A stretch of DNA of 53,333 bases from Atractiella rhizophila (taxonomy: Eukaryota). Every line of letters begins with the position of its first letter. Within the stretch, counting starts at the first letter, position 1. Below, piece after piece: positions 35,651 to 49,250 of the stretch. Below the pieces are notes generated by a model that saw nothing but the letters and a program-made list of their open reading frames with translations, searched no databases and was not told the DNA's origin. The DNA is taken from contig MU271447.1 in the NCBI GenBank assembly GCA_021432655.1, positions 1 to 53,333 on the forward strand, written 5' to 3'. The position numbers and the translations under genes were made by a program.

Positions 35651-36436
35651 ATGGCTCCTCCGAAGAAAACGACGAAAAGCACTCCTCGACGCTCTGACAT
35701 TTCTACCGCCGCGACTGGAACGAAATCGGCGGCGAGAAAGAGCACGGGGGGAAAGTCTCCTGCGACTGCTCGAAAGAATCGGCGTTCGTGCACCCTTGTC
35801 CCTCTCTCCATCTGCAACCTCAAATCAGGACCTACTTTCTAACTTTGCTCTTCTGTGAGATAGCTGGTGCCCCGATTCCACGACGGAGGGACGAAGAGGA
35901 GGAGGAGGAGGATGAACAGCCTGAGCAGTCGCAGAGGCAGAAGAAGAAGAGGAGGTATAAAGCTGGTACGAAGGCCTTAATGGAGATCAGGAGGTATCAG
36001 AAGAGCACGGATCTCTTGATGCGCAAACTGCCTTTTGCTCGCTTGGTACGCTTTCTCCTTCGAACTTCATACTGAACAAGGGGGTCATCTTTGCGGCGGT
36101 TAACATTTGTTTTACGACATAATATGAGCAGGTGAGGGAGATTGCGCAGGATTACACGTGGACGAACGACGATGGGGAGACTGTAGGATTGCGTTGGCAG
36201 AGTTCCGCCGTCCAAGCTCTACAAGAAGCGAGCGAGGCGTTCTTGGTACATTTGTTCGAGTGCGTCCTTCATCTCCTCATCAAAAAGGAGCAAAAAAACC
36301 GGCAAAAAAGGTGAACTGTTTCTGCACGGATAGGGACACGAACCTGTGCGCAATCCATGCCAAGCGCGTGACCATCATGCAAAGGGACCTTCAGCTCGCG
36401 AGGAGGATTCGAGGACCGTGGGCCGGCCTCTCTTAA
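35651..36436 (+). CDS. CSE4: Centromeric histone H3 variant CENP-A/CenH3
   Basis: Extended N-tail; histone fold [37 protein letters not shown] with a long loop 1 ([14 protein letters not shown]), RWQS (W instead of F), VHLFED and TIMQRD...[11 protein letters not shown], which are CenH3-diagnostic. Confidence 0.93.
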
Positions 36437-36854
36437 GCTCTCTTGTCTTTACGTCTCGGATACTTAATTATGCTTCGTTTGCTTCTACTTCTTGTATTCA
36501 AATTCGTCCTGTTGCTCGACCATGAAGATATCCTAGTTATCATGACGCGTGTGATGCATGTTATTTCTCTTCTCGCTTTTCCCAGTATGCAATGCCATTT
36601 GTTTTACAAACCATCCTCGTTATCTTCTTCGGACTCCGTTCCAATCAGCATCAGCCTGATAATTTCCTGCTGTAGCGCAGGTAACAAGGGTGATAACATG
36701 ATAACAAGCAGAGGAACAACAAACAATAATGGTGCTTGCCTATATGACTAAAGCGTGGCGCGACGCGTCCGTTCAAAAACGACGATTCGAAATTCCTTCC
36801 TCGTCACATCCTCCCATCTCACTCCAGCAGCAGGGACTCTTGTGGAAAGGGGAC

Positions 36855-39800
36855 ATGCCACCAAAGCGGAAAAGGTCTGTCGTCTCCAAGAACTCGAAAA
36901 CCAAGAGGACTTCCCCCACTCCATCCGCGAATGCCACTTCCACTTCCCTTTCCACGCCTGGGAACGGCACACCGCTGCTCAGCAACTCTCTGTTGGTAGG
37001 AGCCACGGGACCGTCCACTGCGAGGACGAGCGTAGCGTCGCCGGAGGACAGCGAGGCGCAAGAAGATGATGAGAAGCCGGTGGCGAAACGGAGGTTCGTC
37101 CCTTCCTTCCGTTGACTGCGTTGAGAGGGAGGGTGACGGATTCTGTTTGTTTGGGTTGGCGGTATGTAGAAGGACGAATGTCTCCAGGACTGTTGCTTCA
37201 GTGATCATCAAAGCAGCGACGAGGGCACAAAGCAAGGCTGTCGAAGTCAAACAACCCTCAGGTGTGACCTCAGCTGAGGAAGAAGAAGAAAGGGAGGAAG
37301 AGGAGGAAGTTTCCAAGCCGAAAAGAAGGGTGTCGCGACGTACGACTAGCTCTCGCGCTGCAACGAAGACGAAAGGAAAAGCGAAGAAGGCGGTTGAGGA
37401 AGACGAAATGGACGTGGACTCCCTCTCGGCTGTTTCTGAGGAAGATGAAGAGGGTTCAGCTTATGAATATGAAGGAGGTGATGATGACGACGGTTCAGCC
37501 TATATGGAGTCTGCGGAAGAGGAAGAGGAGGTGGTAAAGCCTATGAAAAAGGCGAGAGCAAAGGCAAGGACCTTGGTCACATCGGTAGATGAAGAGGAGG
37601 ATGAGGATGAAGAGGAGCTCAGCGATGCCCCCCGCTCTAGACGAAGGAGAGGAGATAAACTAAAGAGTTTGGCGGAGAAGGCGAAGCTCAAGAGGACTGC
37701 AGTCCAGAAATCCAAAAAGACTTCCAAGTCCAGGTCCAAAACCCAATCCAGACGTAACCTCAAAAGCGCGAATGCCAGTGACGACGAGTCCGACCTCTCC
37801 TCTGTCGGTTCTAGATCTGAGGACGAAGCTGCCGAAGAGGAAAAAGAAGAGGAAGTGAAGGGAAGGTATGGAAGGAGGAAGCGCAGCGGTGTGAACGGTG
37901 TACCACCGCAGGATAGGAAGATGTACAGGCGCTTGAATTGGTGGCAGAAGAACCAATATCATTTGGAGAAACATCATCCTGAGTACGTCTTTCTTTCCTA
38001 CCTCCCTCATCCCTTCCTGTGTACTCTGGACTCCGGACTTTTGAGATCTTATCAACAATGGATTTGGGTTGGACAGGCTCGCCACCATCTGGCAACAAAT
38101 CGAAGGAACCTCTCCCACCAAAGCAGCTCCTGACCCAGACTTCGTCCAACCGAACGGTCTGAACAATGTTACACTGTTGCCATTCCAGGTGGAAGGGTTG
38201 AGTTGGATGATGAAGCAAGAGAAGGGACCCTGGAAAGGTGGGATGCTAGGTTCGTCTCTCAGTTTCCCTCGCAGATGACAACCGTTCATCGTTCGTTCAC
38301 AGCGGACGAGATGGGGATGGGAAAAACCCTCCAGTCTATCGCACTTATTTTGAGCGACAGAGATAATGACGCAGAAGTGAATGATGCGGAAGACGAGGAG
38401 GGAGAGAAGAAGAAGGGCAAGAAGAAGGGCAAGGGAAGGATGAAAGATAAGAAGCTAACACTTGTCATTGCTCCGACCGTGGCCCTCATGCAGTTCGCCT
38501 TCCCTCTCCTCCCTACCTTTCAGAACAGCCGGTGATTGATATTACTGTTGTTCTGCAGGTGGAAATCAGAGATCGAGAAATTCACAACAGGCTTCAAGGT
38601 TAATCTTTTCCACGGAGCGAAGAGAGGAGACGCAGACGACATTATGGAAAGTGACATTGTGTTGACATCCTGTCCGTGTCTCCTCCTCCCTTTTGCTTCT
38701 TCCTTTTGACGTTCGTTCGGTTTGCCCCGCAGATGCAGTACTAGAGTCTGCATACCGAAAACAAGAAGCAGGTTTCAAGCGGAAAGGCTCCGTGATCAAA
38801 GAAGAGTCTCCCTTGCACCAAGTGAAGTGGCACCGCATTATCTTAGACGAGGTTTGTCCTCACTTGCCTACAAACTCGCCCTATTAATGAGCGATGTTGT
38901 AGTGCCATAACATCAAGGATCGTGCATGCAACACAGCGAAGGGAGCCTTCGCGCTTGATGGCGAATACCGATGGTGTTTATCCGGCACTCCACTACAGAA
39001 CCGAGTAGGTGAATTGTACAGCTTGATTAGGTTCTTGGGCGTCGACCCGTTTGCTTTCTAGTGAGTCTCTTCACCTTCGTTTTCACGGGGCTAACTGAAC
39101 TTCGGTCAGTTATTGTAAGGTTTGCGACTGCAAAAGTTTACATTGGAGGTTCTCAGACAAGAGGAGCTGCGATGATGTGTGTATTTCCACTTGTCATGAC
39201 TGAGTAAGGTAGATTCAAAGTCTTCCGATTAACAGTGTCACCATACGCCTATGCAACATATCTGTTTCTGGAACAATGATATTCTCAAGCCCATCCAGAA
39301 GCAAGGCAACTGTGGGGTTGGAGAAGTGGCTTTTGAGAAACTACGCCTTTTATTAGACAGGATGATGCTCAGGCATGTCTCGTTGTCCCCTACACAAGGT
39401 CCCTACCTCTAATGTAACGTGTAGGAGGACAAAGGTCGAGCGAGCTGACGACCTTGGTCTGCCACCACGAGTTGTAGAAATTCGAAGAGACTTCTTCACA
39501 GAGGAAGAGGAAGAGCTGTACACATCCCTTTTCAAAGACATAAAGAGGAATTTCGCGACATACGTCGAACAAGGGACGGTTCTCAACAACTACTCAAACA
39601 TTTTCAGTCTGATCACGAAGATGCGACGTATGTCGTCTTATTCTGTGAACGTTGGTTAACAGTAGTGTTGATGGAAGCGCAGAAATGGCAGATCATCCTG
39701 ACATGGTGCTGAAGTCCAAAACAAGGAGAGCGGCCCTTGTAGCTGAAGGGCAGGCAGACGACAGTTTGATAACCTGCCGGATCTGCCTCGACGAGGCTGA

Positions 39801-40803
39801 GGAACCAATCATGTCTTCTTGCCGTCACATTTTCTGCGTTTGTTTTCCTGTCGCCGCTTCTAAAAGGAAGGTTCTGAAACTTGGAGCGCAGAGGGAGTGC
39901 ATCCGCCAATATCTCGAGACAGCAATTGAGCAAAGCCCCGAATGCCCAACTTGTCATCAGCGCATGACGATCGATTTGGACCAAGACCCGATCGAAGACG
40001 AGAAGGCGCAGAACACCGGGCGACAGGGGATGCTGTCCGCTATTGATCCTTCAAAGTGGCGCACATCGACCAAGATTGAAGCGCTGGTAGAGGAGTTGAG
40101 CAGCATCAGGACGGACGACCATACCCTCAAGAGTCTCGTATTTAGCCAATTCACAAGCTTTCTCGATCTTGTGGAGCGGAGACTTCTTCTTGCTGGATAT
40201 AAGGTGGCTAGACTCCAAGGACATATGACACCTCAGTATGCTCCTTCCAATATTGGATCTGCGAGTATTGATGGCATGCCGCACAGGGCGAGAGCAAATG
40301 TCATCAAATACTTCGATGAAACTCCGGAATGCACAGTCTTCCTTATCTCTCTCAAAGCTGGAGGTGTTGCTCTGAACTTGACTTCTGCCTCACGAGGTTC
40401 GTATTCCCTTCTGACGTACGATGTAAACTAAATGTTCCACCGCCTAGTATACATCATGGATCCTTGGTGGTACGTTGGCACTTTGACACATGGTGCTCAG
40501 CTCGAACTGATCCTCTCCATTGCAGGAATCCGGCGGCTGAGCTGCAGGCAATGGATCGAATCCATCGATTAGGCCAACACCGTCCTATTCTCGTGAAGAG
40601 AATGGTAATTGAGAACTCAATCGAGAGTAAAATCATCGAGTTGCAGAAGAAGAAGGAGAGTATGGTCGGTGCAGCCCTTGGAGATGACGATAAAGCCATG
40701 GGAAGGCTTACTCCTGGTGCGTCTTCCTTCTCCTCCACGTTGGTGACTTCCTCACGACATCTCGAATGGAACAGAGGATTTAAGGTTTTTGTTTACCAAT
40801 TGA
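36855..40803 (+). CDS. RAD16: SNF2-family helicase/RING ligase for global-genome nucleotide excision repair
   Basis: [79 protein letters not shown]3HC4 [29 protein letters not shown] and LTPEDLRFLF. Confidence 0.95.
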
Positions 40804-41991
40804 GGGCTGTTGAGACCTAAATCGATTATTCCTCTCCATCGACCTACAAATAGCTGCAGGTATTCTCAGTATTTCTTTTGAACGAGACGATATTATGTAT
40901 ATATATTATAAAGCCTGGTATTCTGGAACATGAAAATACAATATCACATGTTAAACTTCGTTGTTCGAAGTTCGTCATAGTCACATGCGACAGTTGGCAT
41001 TGCACGACGCTTACCTTACCTTCGTTTACGGTTACAAAAAAGTGGGCACCGCGAATTTACGAAGGAAGGCTTGCTTAGTGGAGTGGTGCGAGTGGAAGTT
41101 GGCGGAACTGCGGATATCAACGTTCTCCTTGATTCTCCTCGATGTTTGGCTGACAGGACTGGACTGAAATGGTGCGTTGTTAGCTAAACACCGAACATTC
41201 ATTCCTCCGTGAGGAACTGTCCACTCAATGGAATCACTCGAGAAGTGACTGTCGAGTACAACCCATGCGAGATCTAGAAACTATTGCTGATAGAAGTTTC
41301 AATTGTCCAAAGTGGCTCCTTGCTGCCTCGGACAAGTTGTTTCGCTTGAGCTGGGAGTTCCGACGAGTTTTGCTAGTTTCTCTATATCTTTTCTTGGATT
41401 CCCAGGTTTCTCTTGTCTTCGCGCTCAAGCAAACAGTGATGGCTTTTATATTATGTCACTCTCCCAGGACCCGGCTCGATATGTCGTTCATCAGGATTTG
41501 GTTTCTTGAGAGCAGGAGTGATAATTGTATGTTGTCGTGTGAGATGTACAAGTAAAGGACAACTACGTCAGAAAAGGACAACGAATGAACGTCATTCAGT
41601 GGTTGCTCCATTGGGCAGGGGGAAAGCGGGGGAATCGAACAACGTTTAACAGAGGCCAGGACAAAACGGAATCCTGGGGTTGTCCGTCGCATCCGGCCGT
41701 CTTTCCCATGTTTTCTATTTTTCTTTTGCCTTCTGAAGAGAGAAGGAATCAAGAATCCTCGTCCTCGTTGTCCTGAGGTTGAGCCGGGGACGATATCTTG
41801 GTGAGCTCGCACGAAGCCGAGAAAGACTCCGCGCCCAAAATGTGCGGTGCTCTTGTGCATTTGTAGATCTCGACTACTTCAGCTGCCAGCAGATCCTAAC
41901 AATATCTTCCTGTCGAATCTACTCCGTGAAGTCACTTTGAGCGATCAGCGAGGTGTGAGCTGTGCTCGTTTTCAAAAGTCTTCAAAAAGGA

Positions 41992-43111
41992 ATGGGAGAG
42001 AACCAAGCAGGAGAAAAGATGACGGTCAGAAAAGAAGTTATTCCAGAACCATTGCCTCGCTATACAGGTAAGTCTTATGTTAATCTGCCACCTCGCCGAT
42101 TATGGGTACTGACTTTCACGGTCCCTCGGGTTATAGCATGCTTAGCATGCAAAGCACGAAGTAAGTTCTAACTTTCATTAAGGGTCCGACTGAATACTAA
42201 CGTCGTTCTATTGCACTAGAAGTGAGATGCGATGGCGCTCGTCCCGCGTGTGGACGTTGTTCAAAGCGCTACGAATCCAACGAGAAAGCGCCAGCTTGCC
42301 AGTGGCCGCCGGATAGAAAAAGGAGACGGAAGGTCGAGCTGCCTCCTCAATTTCGCAGTCATCCTCCACCTCCACAACCGTCATCGCAATCGCAACCGCC
42401 GCCCCGAGCTAGATCAAAGTCAAAGTCAAAATCGCCAGTTCTGGCCCCAGAAAAGTCACAAAATCAGCCCCAACCACCACCCGAACCACCATCAATCACC
42501 CTGCCCTTGCGTTCAAATCTGTCTTCAATTTATCCCTCCATATTTGCCTCAACGTCTACCATGCCCTTCATGCCTCCTCCTTCATACAGTCTCCTTGAAC
42601 AACAAGCTGTTACCGCATCAATAGAGGCATCGATGGCAGCAGCAGTAGCGAATGCACAGTCAAATCCAACTCTCCATCAACGTGTGGAGCATCTGTCACA
42701 TAAAATTAGTACGCCGCGTCGACTTTTCTTCGAGATCCATTCTAAGGTATCCCATCTTACGCAGGTGCGTTAGAGGGACTCATAGGAATCCAAAACATGG
42801 TGATAGCTGCGCTCAGCGACGAACTGGCGCTTTACAGGAAGGAGCTTCATCCAGAAGCAGCGCCGAATCTCACTGTCCAACAAGGCTTACACATCCTCCA
42901 CCTCCTCTCAGCTTCCTCTGCAGCAACATCCTTAGCGACAGACGCAGTGCCTCTAAACGTTGAGCCCCACTCTGCCAAAGGCAACCCCCTGGATCAGTTC
43001 TCCTTTACGCCTCCTCTTCATCTTCCACTCTGTTCACAATCTGAATCTGATGGATTGCATACTTCTGCAACTGCTTCCGATTCCTTGAATCTTTCGCGTT
43101 CGTTTGTCTGA
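41992..43111 (+). CDS. Zn(II)2Cys6 transcription factor (short; 3' end uncertain)
   Basis: Spliced ACLACKAR / KVRCDGARPACGRCSKR...ACQW, followed by a Pro/Ser-rich region and a coiled-coil-like segment. Confidence 0.85.
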
Positions 43112-43290
43112 TTAGAGTGTACTTTCACTGATATGTACATTGTTTGATATCATACAATCTGGAAAGGACTTTGTTTGCTTTGAACATGCCACGGCTACTG
43201 CACTGAATACGGCTCCACTTGAGCTGGTTTGCTTCTACTGTTAGTATTATCATTGTCAAGACCGTTCCCCTCCTCACCTCACCTTAGATG

Positions 43291-45561
43291 TCAGTTTACT
43301 CCCTTCCAAATGTCTCTCACATCCTTCCTTCTCTCTCCATCTTGCCTTTCCACCGTCTCCAGATTCCGCTCTAAATCATCATCAAGATCCCTCCTAGGCC
43401 TCAAACCACTCTTCAATCCACCACCGCTCTGAAACACTTCCCGTGCATCCCTACTCCCTACTTCCTCTTCCCGCCTCTCGTGCTCGACGACTTCCGCTCT
43501 TGATTCTTCTCCATCCCTGACAGAGGGGAGATGAGATCCAGGATCAAATGCTTCTCGACGGCTTGCACGTAATCCGGATTTCACCTCCGCAAATCGATAA
43601 ATTGGGCTAACGGTGTCGAATCAGCTAAATCATTGAAGGAAGAAGGGATGGGCTGACAAGTTCTCGTCGTTCGCTTCTGGGTGCTGTTATTCCCGTAGTC
43701 AGTATTCAAGACTCGAATTAGAGAATGGGAAATGAACCATGATCCTCCTTGTGTAGATCGCCCATGCTTGCGCCAGTAAAATAAACACCCACCCTGCAAA
43801 CAAAAGGCATCCGAGTACCGTTCCGATAACCTTCAGAGGCATCGAGTCCAGTATATCTGCGAGAACTAGGACTGCGAAGGCCAGATTTGCTTTGATGAAT
43901 AAGTTAGGGCTGATGATTGAGCAGGAAAGAGCAGAGACGAACCGACAGGAAAGACGCAAGACCACCAGGTTAGGCTGAAGTCCATGCCTCTCTTTATTGC
44001 CCTAAGGAGCGCAAGCAGAGCGATACCAAAAAACCTGGTTCATCACTCCCAGTCAATACATAATCTGCCAGAGAAGGTAAGAAGCGTACCACCAGCCCAT
44101 CGACAAGAACCCGACCGCGCTCATCACTCCAAGAAGGTAAGCGCTCACGCCAGCCTGCTCGCCAATGCCGAGGAAGTCATGCGCTGGGAAAACGGTACGA
44201 GAGAGGCGGGAGAGACGGAGGAAGGCTAGCTTGTCGTTGGTCGCAGGAGATCGAAAGAAAGGAAATAGACGAACAGACAGATGTGAGCGAAGGTACGCCG
44301 GCAGCAATGAACATTGACGGCGTTTGGGACGGTCTAAACAACATTGTCAGCATAAAGGAATCTGTGTGGGAGAGGAACTGGAGGAAGGAGACGTGCCGTG
44401 GCAGTCCATACTGTACCAGCCTCAAAATAAAACTCGCCAAATACAGCTGCGCGACACTTTCCATCCATACATGCCACTAATGGGTCATTTCCCATGTATT
44501 TGAGAGCGAAATAGAGAAGCTCACAGAAACCCCGCCCCACTAACTGCCCATCCCGTCAACAGAATCCAAAGACTCGTTCCTCCGCTTCCTGCCTCTTCTA
44601 GCTCTATTGTCGCAACCGTGGCTGCAAGGCCTCCCACAAGGAGAAAGGGGTATATGGAGAGCAGCCAGGCGGGAAGCATGGTTGCAAGACTGTGCGATGG
44701 CCAAATGAACATGATAAATGGGATGGAAAAGCCCTATGTCATGATGGTGGTGGTTTGCATTGAAACGTCCAGATACAAATCAAGGAGAGACGCACGAAGA
44801 AGGAAGATACCAGGAGGTAGAGGATAAAGAGAGCGATAGACAGGTGAGAGAGGGGATGGAAGGAAGAGGGAAGGTAAGATAGTAGGTCTTGAAGCAAGAG
44901 ACAGAAGGCGAGACAGCATGCCTGTTTCATTCAACGCACTACGTCAATCAGTCTATTTTGTGGAGAGCAAAAGACGTACTGGCACAAACATCCCTTCCCT
45001 AGGATGCACAACGCTCCTCCAGAAATCCTTCCTCCAAATCCAAAATCTCACGGCCAATCCAACACAGTTGCCTCCAAAAACGCAGACATTGAGACAGAAG
45101 AGGACGACTCCGACAGTCCTCTGTCCCGAAAACTCGAAAGGTATAGCACGAATGAGCATCGTCACTCCGCCCGTAGCCATGTTCGTCGTGAACGCAGCGA
45201 AGGTGAAGTGCCGTATTCGCTCTTTCCAAGTCACTTTCAAGGAAGTATGTTTCTTCGCTAGTATAGTGGTGCGAAAGCTTTGGCTCAAGCTCAAACGGCT
45301 GGAACGAGCGCTCACGTTCCCTCCGCCTACGCCGCCGTAGATCGACGTCGGACGGGAAGGAGGAGGCGGGGTGAAAGCTGGTCTCTGTTCACCGTGCTGG
45401 ATGGAGGAGAGGGGAGAACCTGATGCAGTCTCATGCAGATTAGAGAGCGTATTGAAGTGAACGCCTTTAGAAGAGGTTCGAGGGAATCCTGGCCTGGTTG
45501 GCGTCGTCGGCGTGGGAGAAGTACATGTGGATTGATCATTGGTTGTTGCGGCGGATATCAT
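43291..45561 (-). CDS. TDT/SLAC1-family C4-dicarboxylate (malate) or sulfite transporter, Mae1-like
   Basis: WKERIRHFTFAAFTTNMATGG, HPREGMFVP, MLPAWLLSIYPFL and PSMFIAAGVPS motifs, with many hydrophobic exons. Confidence 0.88.
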
Positions 45562-46189
45562 TGCTAGATAAAGGGCCGTATATACAGGCACCCTCATGAT
45601 TCAATGCAGAGGTCACGGAAGAATGGCAGCAAAATGGACACTGACATATGGAAAGAGATATCTGTATGATATCAGCGAGCGAATCTCTCTAGCTGTCAGC
45701 AGCACCTGTTTTCTTCCAGCTCTACGATGATTGCTCAAGGCTCTAGATCGTCCGTCTGTCGTAGCAAGAGTCGTAAAAGCAGAATCCAAAGCAAGATGGC
45801 CGTTCAGTAATCTACACCAAGTCGGACGGAGCCTTCAAGTCACAGTTTTACACTGAGCTACAATCTCCTTTCATCAGTTGAAACTAGAGCTCTGAAAATC
45901 ATCCTGATAACTCCCTGTCACGTGTGCCGACATTGATATAGTGATGTCACAGTGTGAACGTAGCACGCATAACCATTCTCTCACCAGCAAACTTTTGTAG
46001 CAGAGGAAATTCGAAGGATTTTGTGATACGTCTTAGAGTCAAATTTAGATCTAGTGAAGAATACTTTGCAAGGCATTGAGTGTACAGGATTCTTACGTAT
46101 TCCATTCAGCATTGTTTTTTTGTTTTGTTTTTCCTCCTCATGTATCAGTCGGCTCTCCTCCGATCCTTTTCTCCCCAAAATTTAGATGA

Positions 46190-48215
46190 TCAACCGACTC
46201 CGTCGCAGCCAACCATGCCCCTCTTCATTCTCCTCTTCTCGTCCTTCCACAATCCTTTCTCCTTCAACTCCTCATTAGACTTCTCCTCCACGCCCTCCAC
46301 CCCAATCGCCACTTCATCCCGGGCCTTTCTGTGCTCGCTCTTCAGGTACAGCTTGATGCGCTCAAGCTCCTTCAAGTTTCTTGCATCAGTCAAACCTTCC
46401 CCATCCGTGACCTCCAAAGGCAGAAGCGAAACGGATAGCCCCATGACGCTGATTACCGTTCGAAGGTTCTGAGGGAGATATGAGAGGATTGGGGAGCCTC
46501 CCGTCGCATAGGGAAAGGTGGAGTGCTTGACGATGTAATGCTTCGTAAATCTAGAGCGATTCGACATGGTGAGTTCAACCCTAGCGAGAAGTAGAGCATA
46601 AACTGTACCTCCAGTGTCTATCCCTGAACTCCCTCACTTGATCCAGCATCAACAAATAGAGTTGTTTCCCCTTCAGCCCACTCTCTTCCAAAGCGAAGCG
46701 GCGAACTCCCACGCTCCTCGCTCTCACCTACTCTTCCCTCAGTAACCGCATACAGGAATACCAGGAGATGTACGTACCTCAACACCATTCACCCATTCCT
46801 GCTGGGACATGGGCCTGTAGGTTCTGAAATCCCTCAGGATTTCCGTCAGCTCGTTCTTCGGGTGATGAGCCGTAATCTCAAGGAGATTGTCGGCCAGCGG
46901 AATCCTATTCTCAGCCTAAGTCGGAGTTGCGAGCTGTTGGCAAGGGAAAACAAACATAGAGTCATTGGCACCTGACTCTCCACGGAAGAACATGGGCTCA
47001 TCGCTCACACCTTCGTAGACGACTCCGTTAGGGAAATGTGGATTCTGTCCTTTCCCCGGTGCCGTCTTGGAGGAATAATCAGTACCACCCTTGTGTTCAC
47101 AAAGGAAGCTCACTCCAAAAATAAAAGACCTGAGTTCTCCGTACTCGGCGCCTAGGGAACGCTTCCACATCGTCCCCATAGAGAGATTAATCATGCGGAA
47201 GGTTTCGAGTAGAGCAGTCATGGCTATTTCGAACCAGAAATAATGATAAGGTGATAATGCACGGGAGATGAAGGAATAGGGCGAACCGGTATGGAAAGCT
47301 TCGACGTCTTTCTGTTCAACAGCAAGCATGGCCATGTCGCTTTCCCTCACCAACGCAGCAGAATGGGAAACCATCTCGAGATGCGTCAATCTATCTGGAG
47401 GAGTGAGCAAGAGAAATGGAGAAGGCAAAGGAATGCGCACATAAAGCCTTTCTCGCTTTCTCCTCCAATGAAGCAACGAATCAGCGCGAGGTTATCATAT
47501 TCCATCCCCTTGAGACCAGCAAAGCTCCCGTCTTGCCCCGGTTCTTTGCCTGGAGCCAAAAGACGGTAGTTCATCAACGCGTAGCTTGTCGCGTCTAGAT
47601 TAAAACGAGTCAGTTATGGACAATTCCAATGATGAAAGGCATTAGACTGACACTCCATAAACGGCTTTTGCTTCAAATGTGCCGCCAATTCGTATAATGG
47701 AATTGCAAAGTAGCTACGAGCATAAATCTTAGTTCCAAATGCGAAGACAGAGAAGAAGGACAAACTGAGGTAGCCTGTTCCTCCCAATGGCTCCTTCTCC
47801 CGTATGCATTCCGGTCTTTGTGTAATGCAAGTGAATAGGCTCCATAAGCCATGCGCTGCTTAAGAAGCAGAAGTCTCTGAAAAGAGCGCTAATTAAAGCC
47901 TGTAACCACTCTTCCTCAGCCTCTTCGGACCAGATGAACAAAGAGTCGAACCTCGTTCCCCTGTGCAATTGCACTCTTGACATCACGAACGATCCTTTCT
48001 CCAGTTTCTCCTTCCATCACTTTCTCGACAGTAGATCCATAAATGCCTTTTCCTAACAGTCCCTGTTCTCCCGAGGGCAAAAGGGCAGGCATCGACTGGA
48101 GGATGGATTCCAGCGTTTCGAACGGAGCGGGAAGCGAAGTCAGCGGTGTTTGGGAGGGCAAGAAACCCGTGACAGGGAGCGTCTCGACGCTGAACAAAGG
48201 ATGTTGAGGCGCCAT
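46190..48215 (-). CDS. Indoleamine 2,3-dioxygenase family protein (fungal IDO-gamma/IdoC-like)
   Basis: TGFLP..PL..LP, ALFRDFCFLSSAWLMEP, PFME..YALMNY, SEKGF.LTHLEMV, RSFIFG, FPNGVVYEG, FRGESGANDS and ATGGSPILSYLP motifs. Confidence 0.88.
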
Positions 48216-49250
48216 CTTTGTTCAGATCTTGTTGGTTGATGGCAAGTAGCAGAGGGAAGAGCACAGCGAGCGATTTTATCTTGTGATAGCGCGGGATGCC
48301 GCACTTACCGCCGACGCGGTACTCTTGCGAAGCAGGGAAGATCAAATGGCATGGCAAGATAGAAGCGATATGTCAGCCTATCAGGGAAACCGACCGGGTC
48401 AGGAGATCCTCTGCAAGATCCTAAACGGAAAAGACGCTGTGGTCTACGTGAGCCTCCCCACGAAACTACACCAATACCCACGAAACGAAGCTACCATCTC
48501 GGACAAGCAATTCTTCTGCATAAGGAGATGGTCTCCGCACTATTAATTTGTAAATAGGTGGGAAAGAATCTAAGGATCTTCGTCACTCAGAATGAGATTT
48601 GGGCAGAGACGCAAGATCAAAATCTTTAAAAATGAGGAGGAGGAAAAAGTGTAGCATGAAAGAAGGCGATATCAAAGCAGCAGATGAATCAAGTGGGGTT
48701 TTGCATTTTCACGCACTTAAAAAGTCTGTCAGGCACGAGCAACGCAGTATTATTGCTTTCGGAAGACAACAGAACAAGCAGATCACGTGATGAAAGTGTT
48801 TCTCGACAACCGAGTTCTCATGGAATAATTCCAGAATAATTTAGAGAAGTTGTAGCTATGCATGTGCGCAGCGCTGTTGCTCTTCTCGAAAATCGTTGAA
48901 AACGGACTTGGAAGCATACGTTCCTTCTCTTCTGACTCAGAAATAGCGCTCCACCCAGTAGTGATTTATGAATCCATTTTTGATTCGTAATATCTAACAC
49001 TAGTCCTCTTCTTCTGTCCCACTTCCGCCCTCTTCTGCTTCTATCCATGTGCTGCCAAACAGAAAGTGGTCGTCTTTTCGCGACGTACCTCGGGTACGTC
49101 CGTCTGCACCGCCACTGGTTAATAATTGCCACCGGCGACGCAAGTCAAGACGGCAAGAAGGAACGAGGAGGTCGCTTTGCACGACTAACAGCTTCTTCTG
49201 CCATCCATCAAGCTTCGTGCGGATCCATCAGCGAGTAGATAGTCGAGAAA

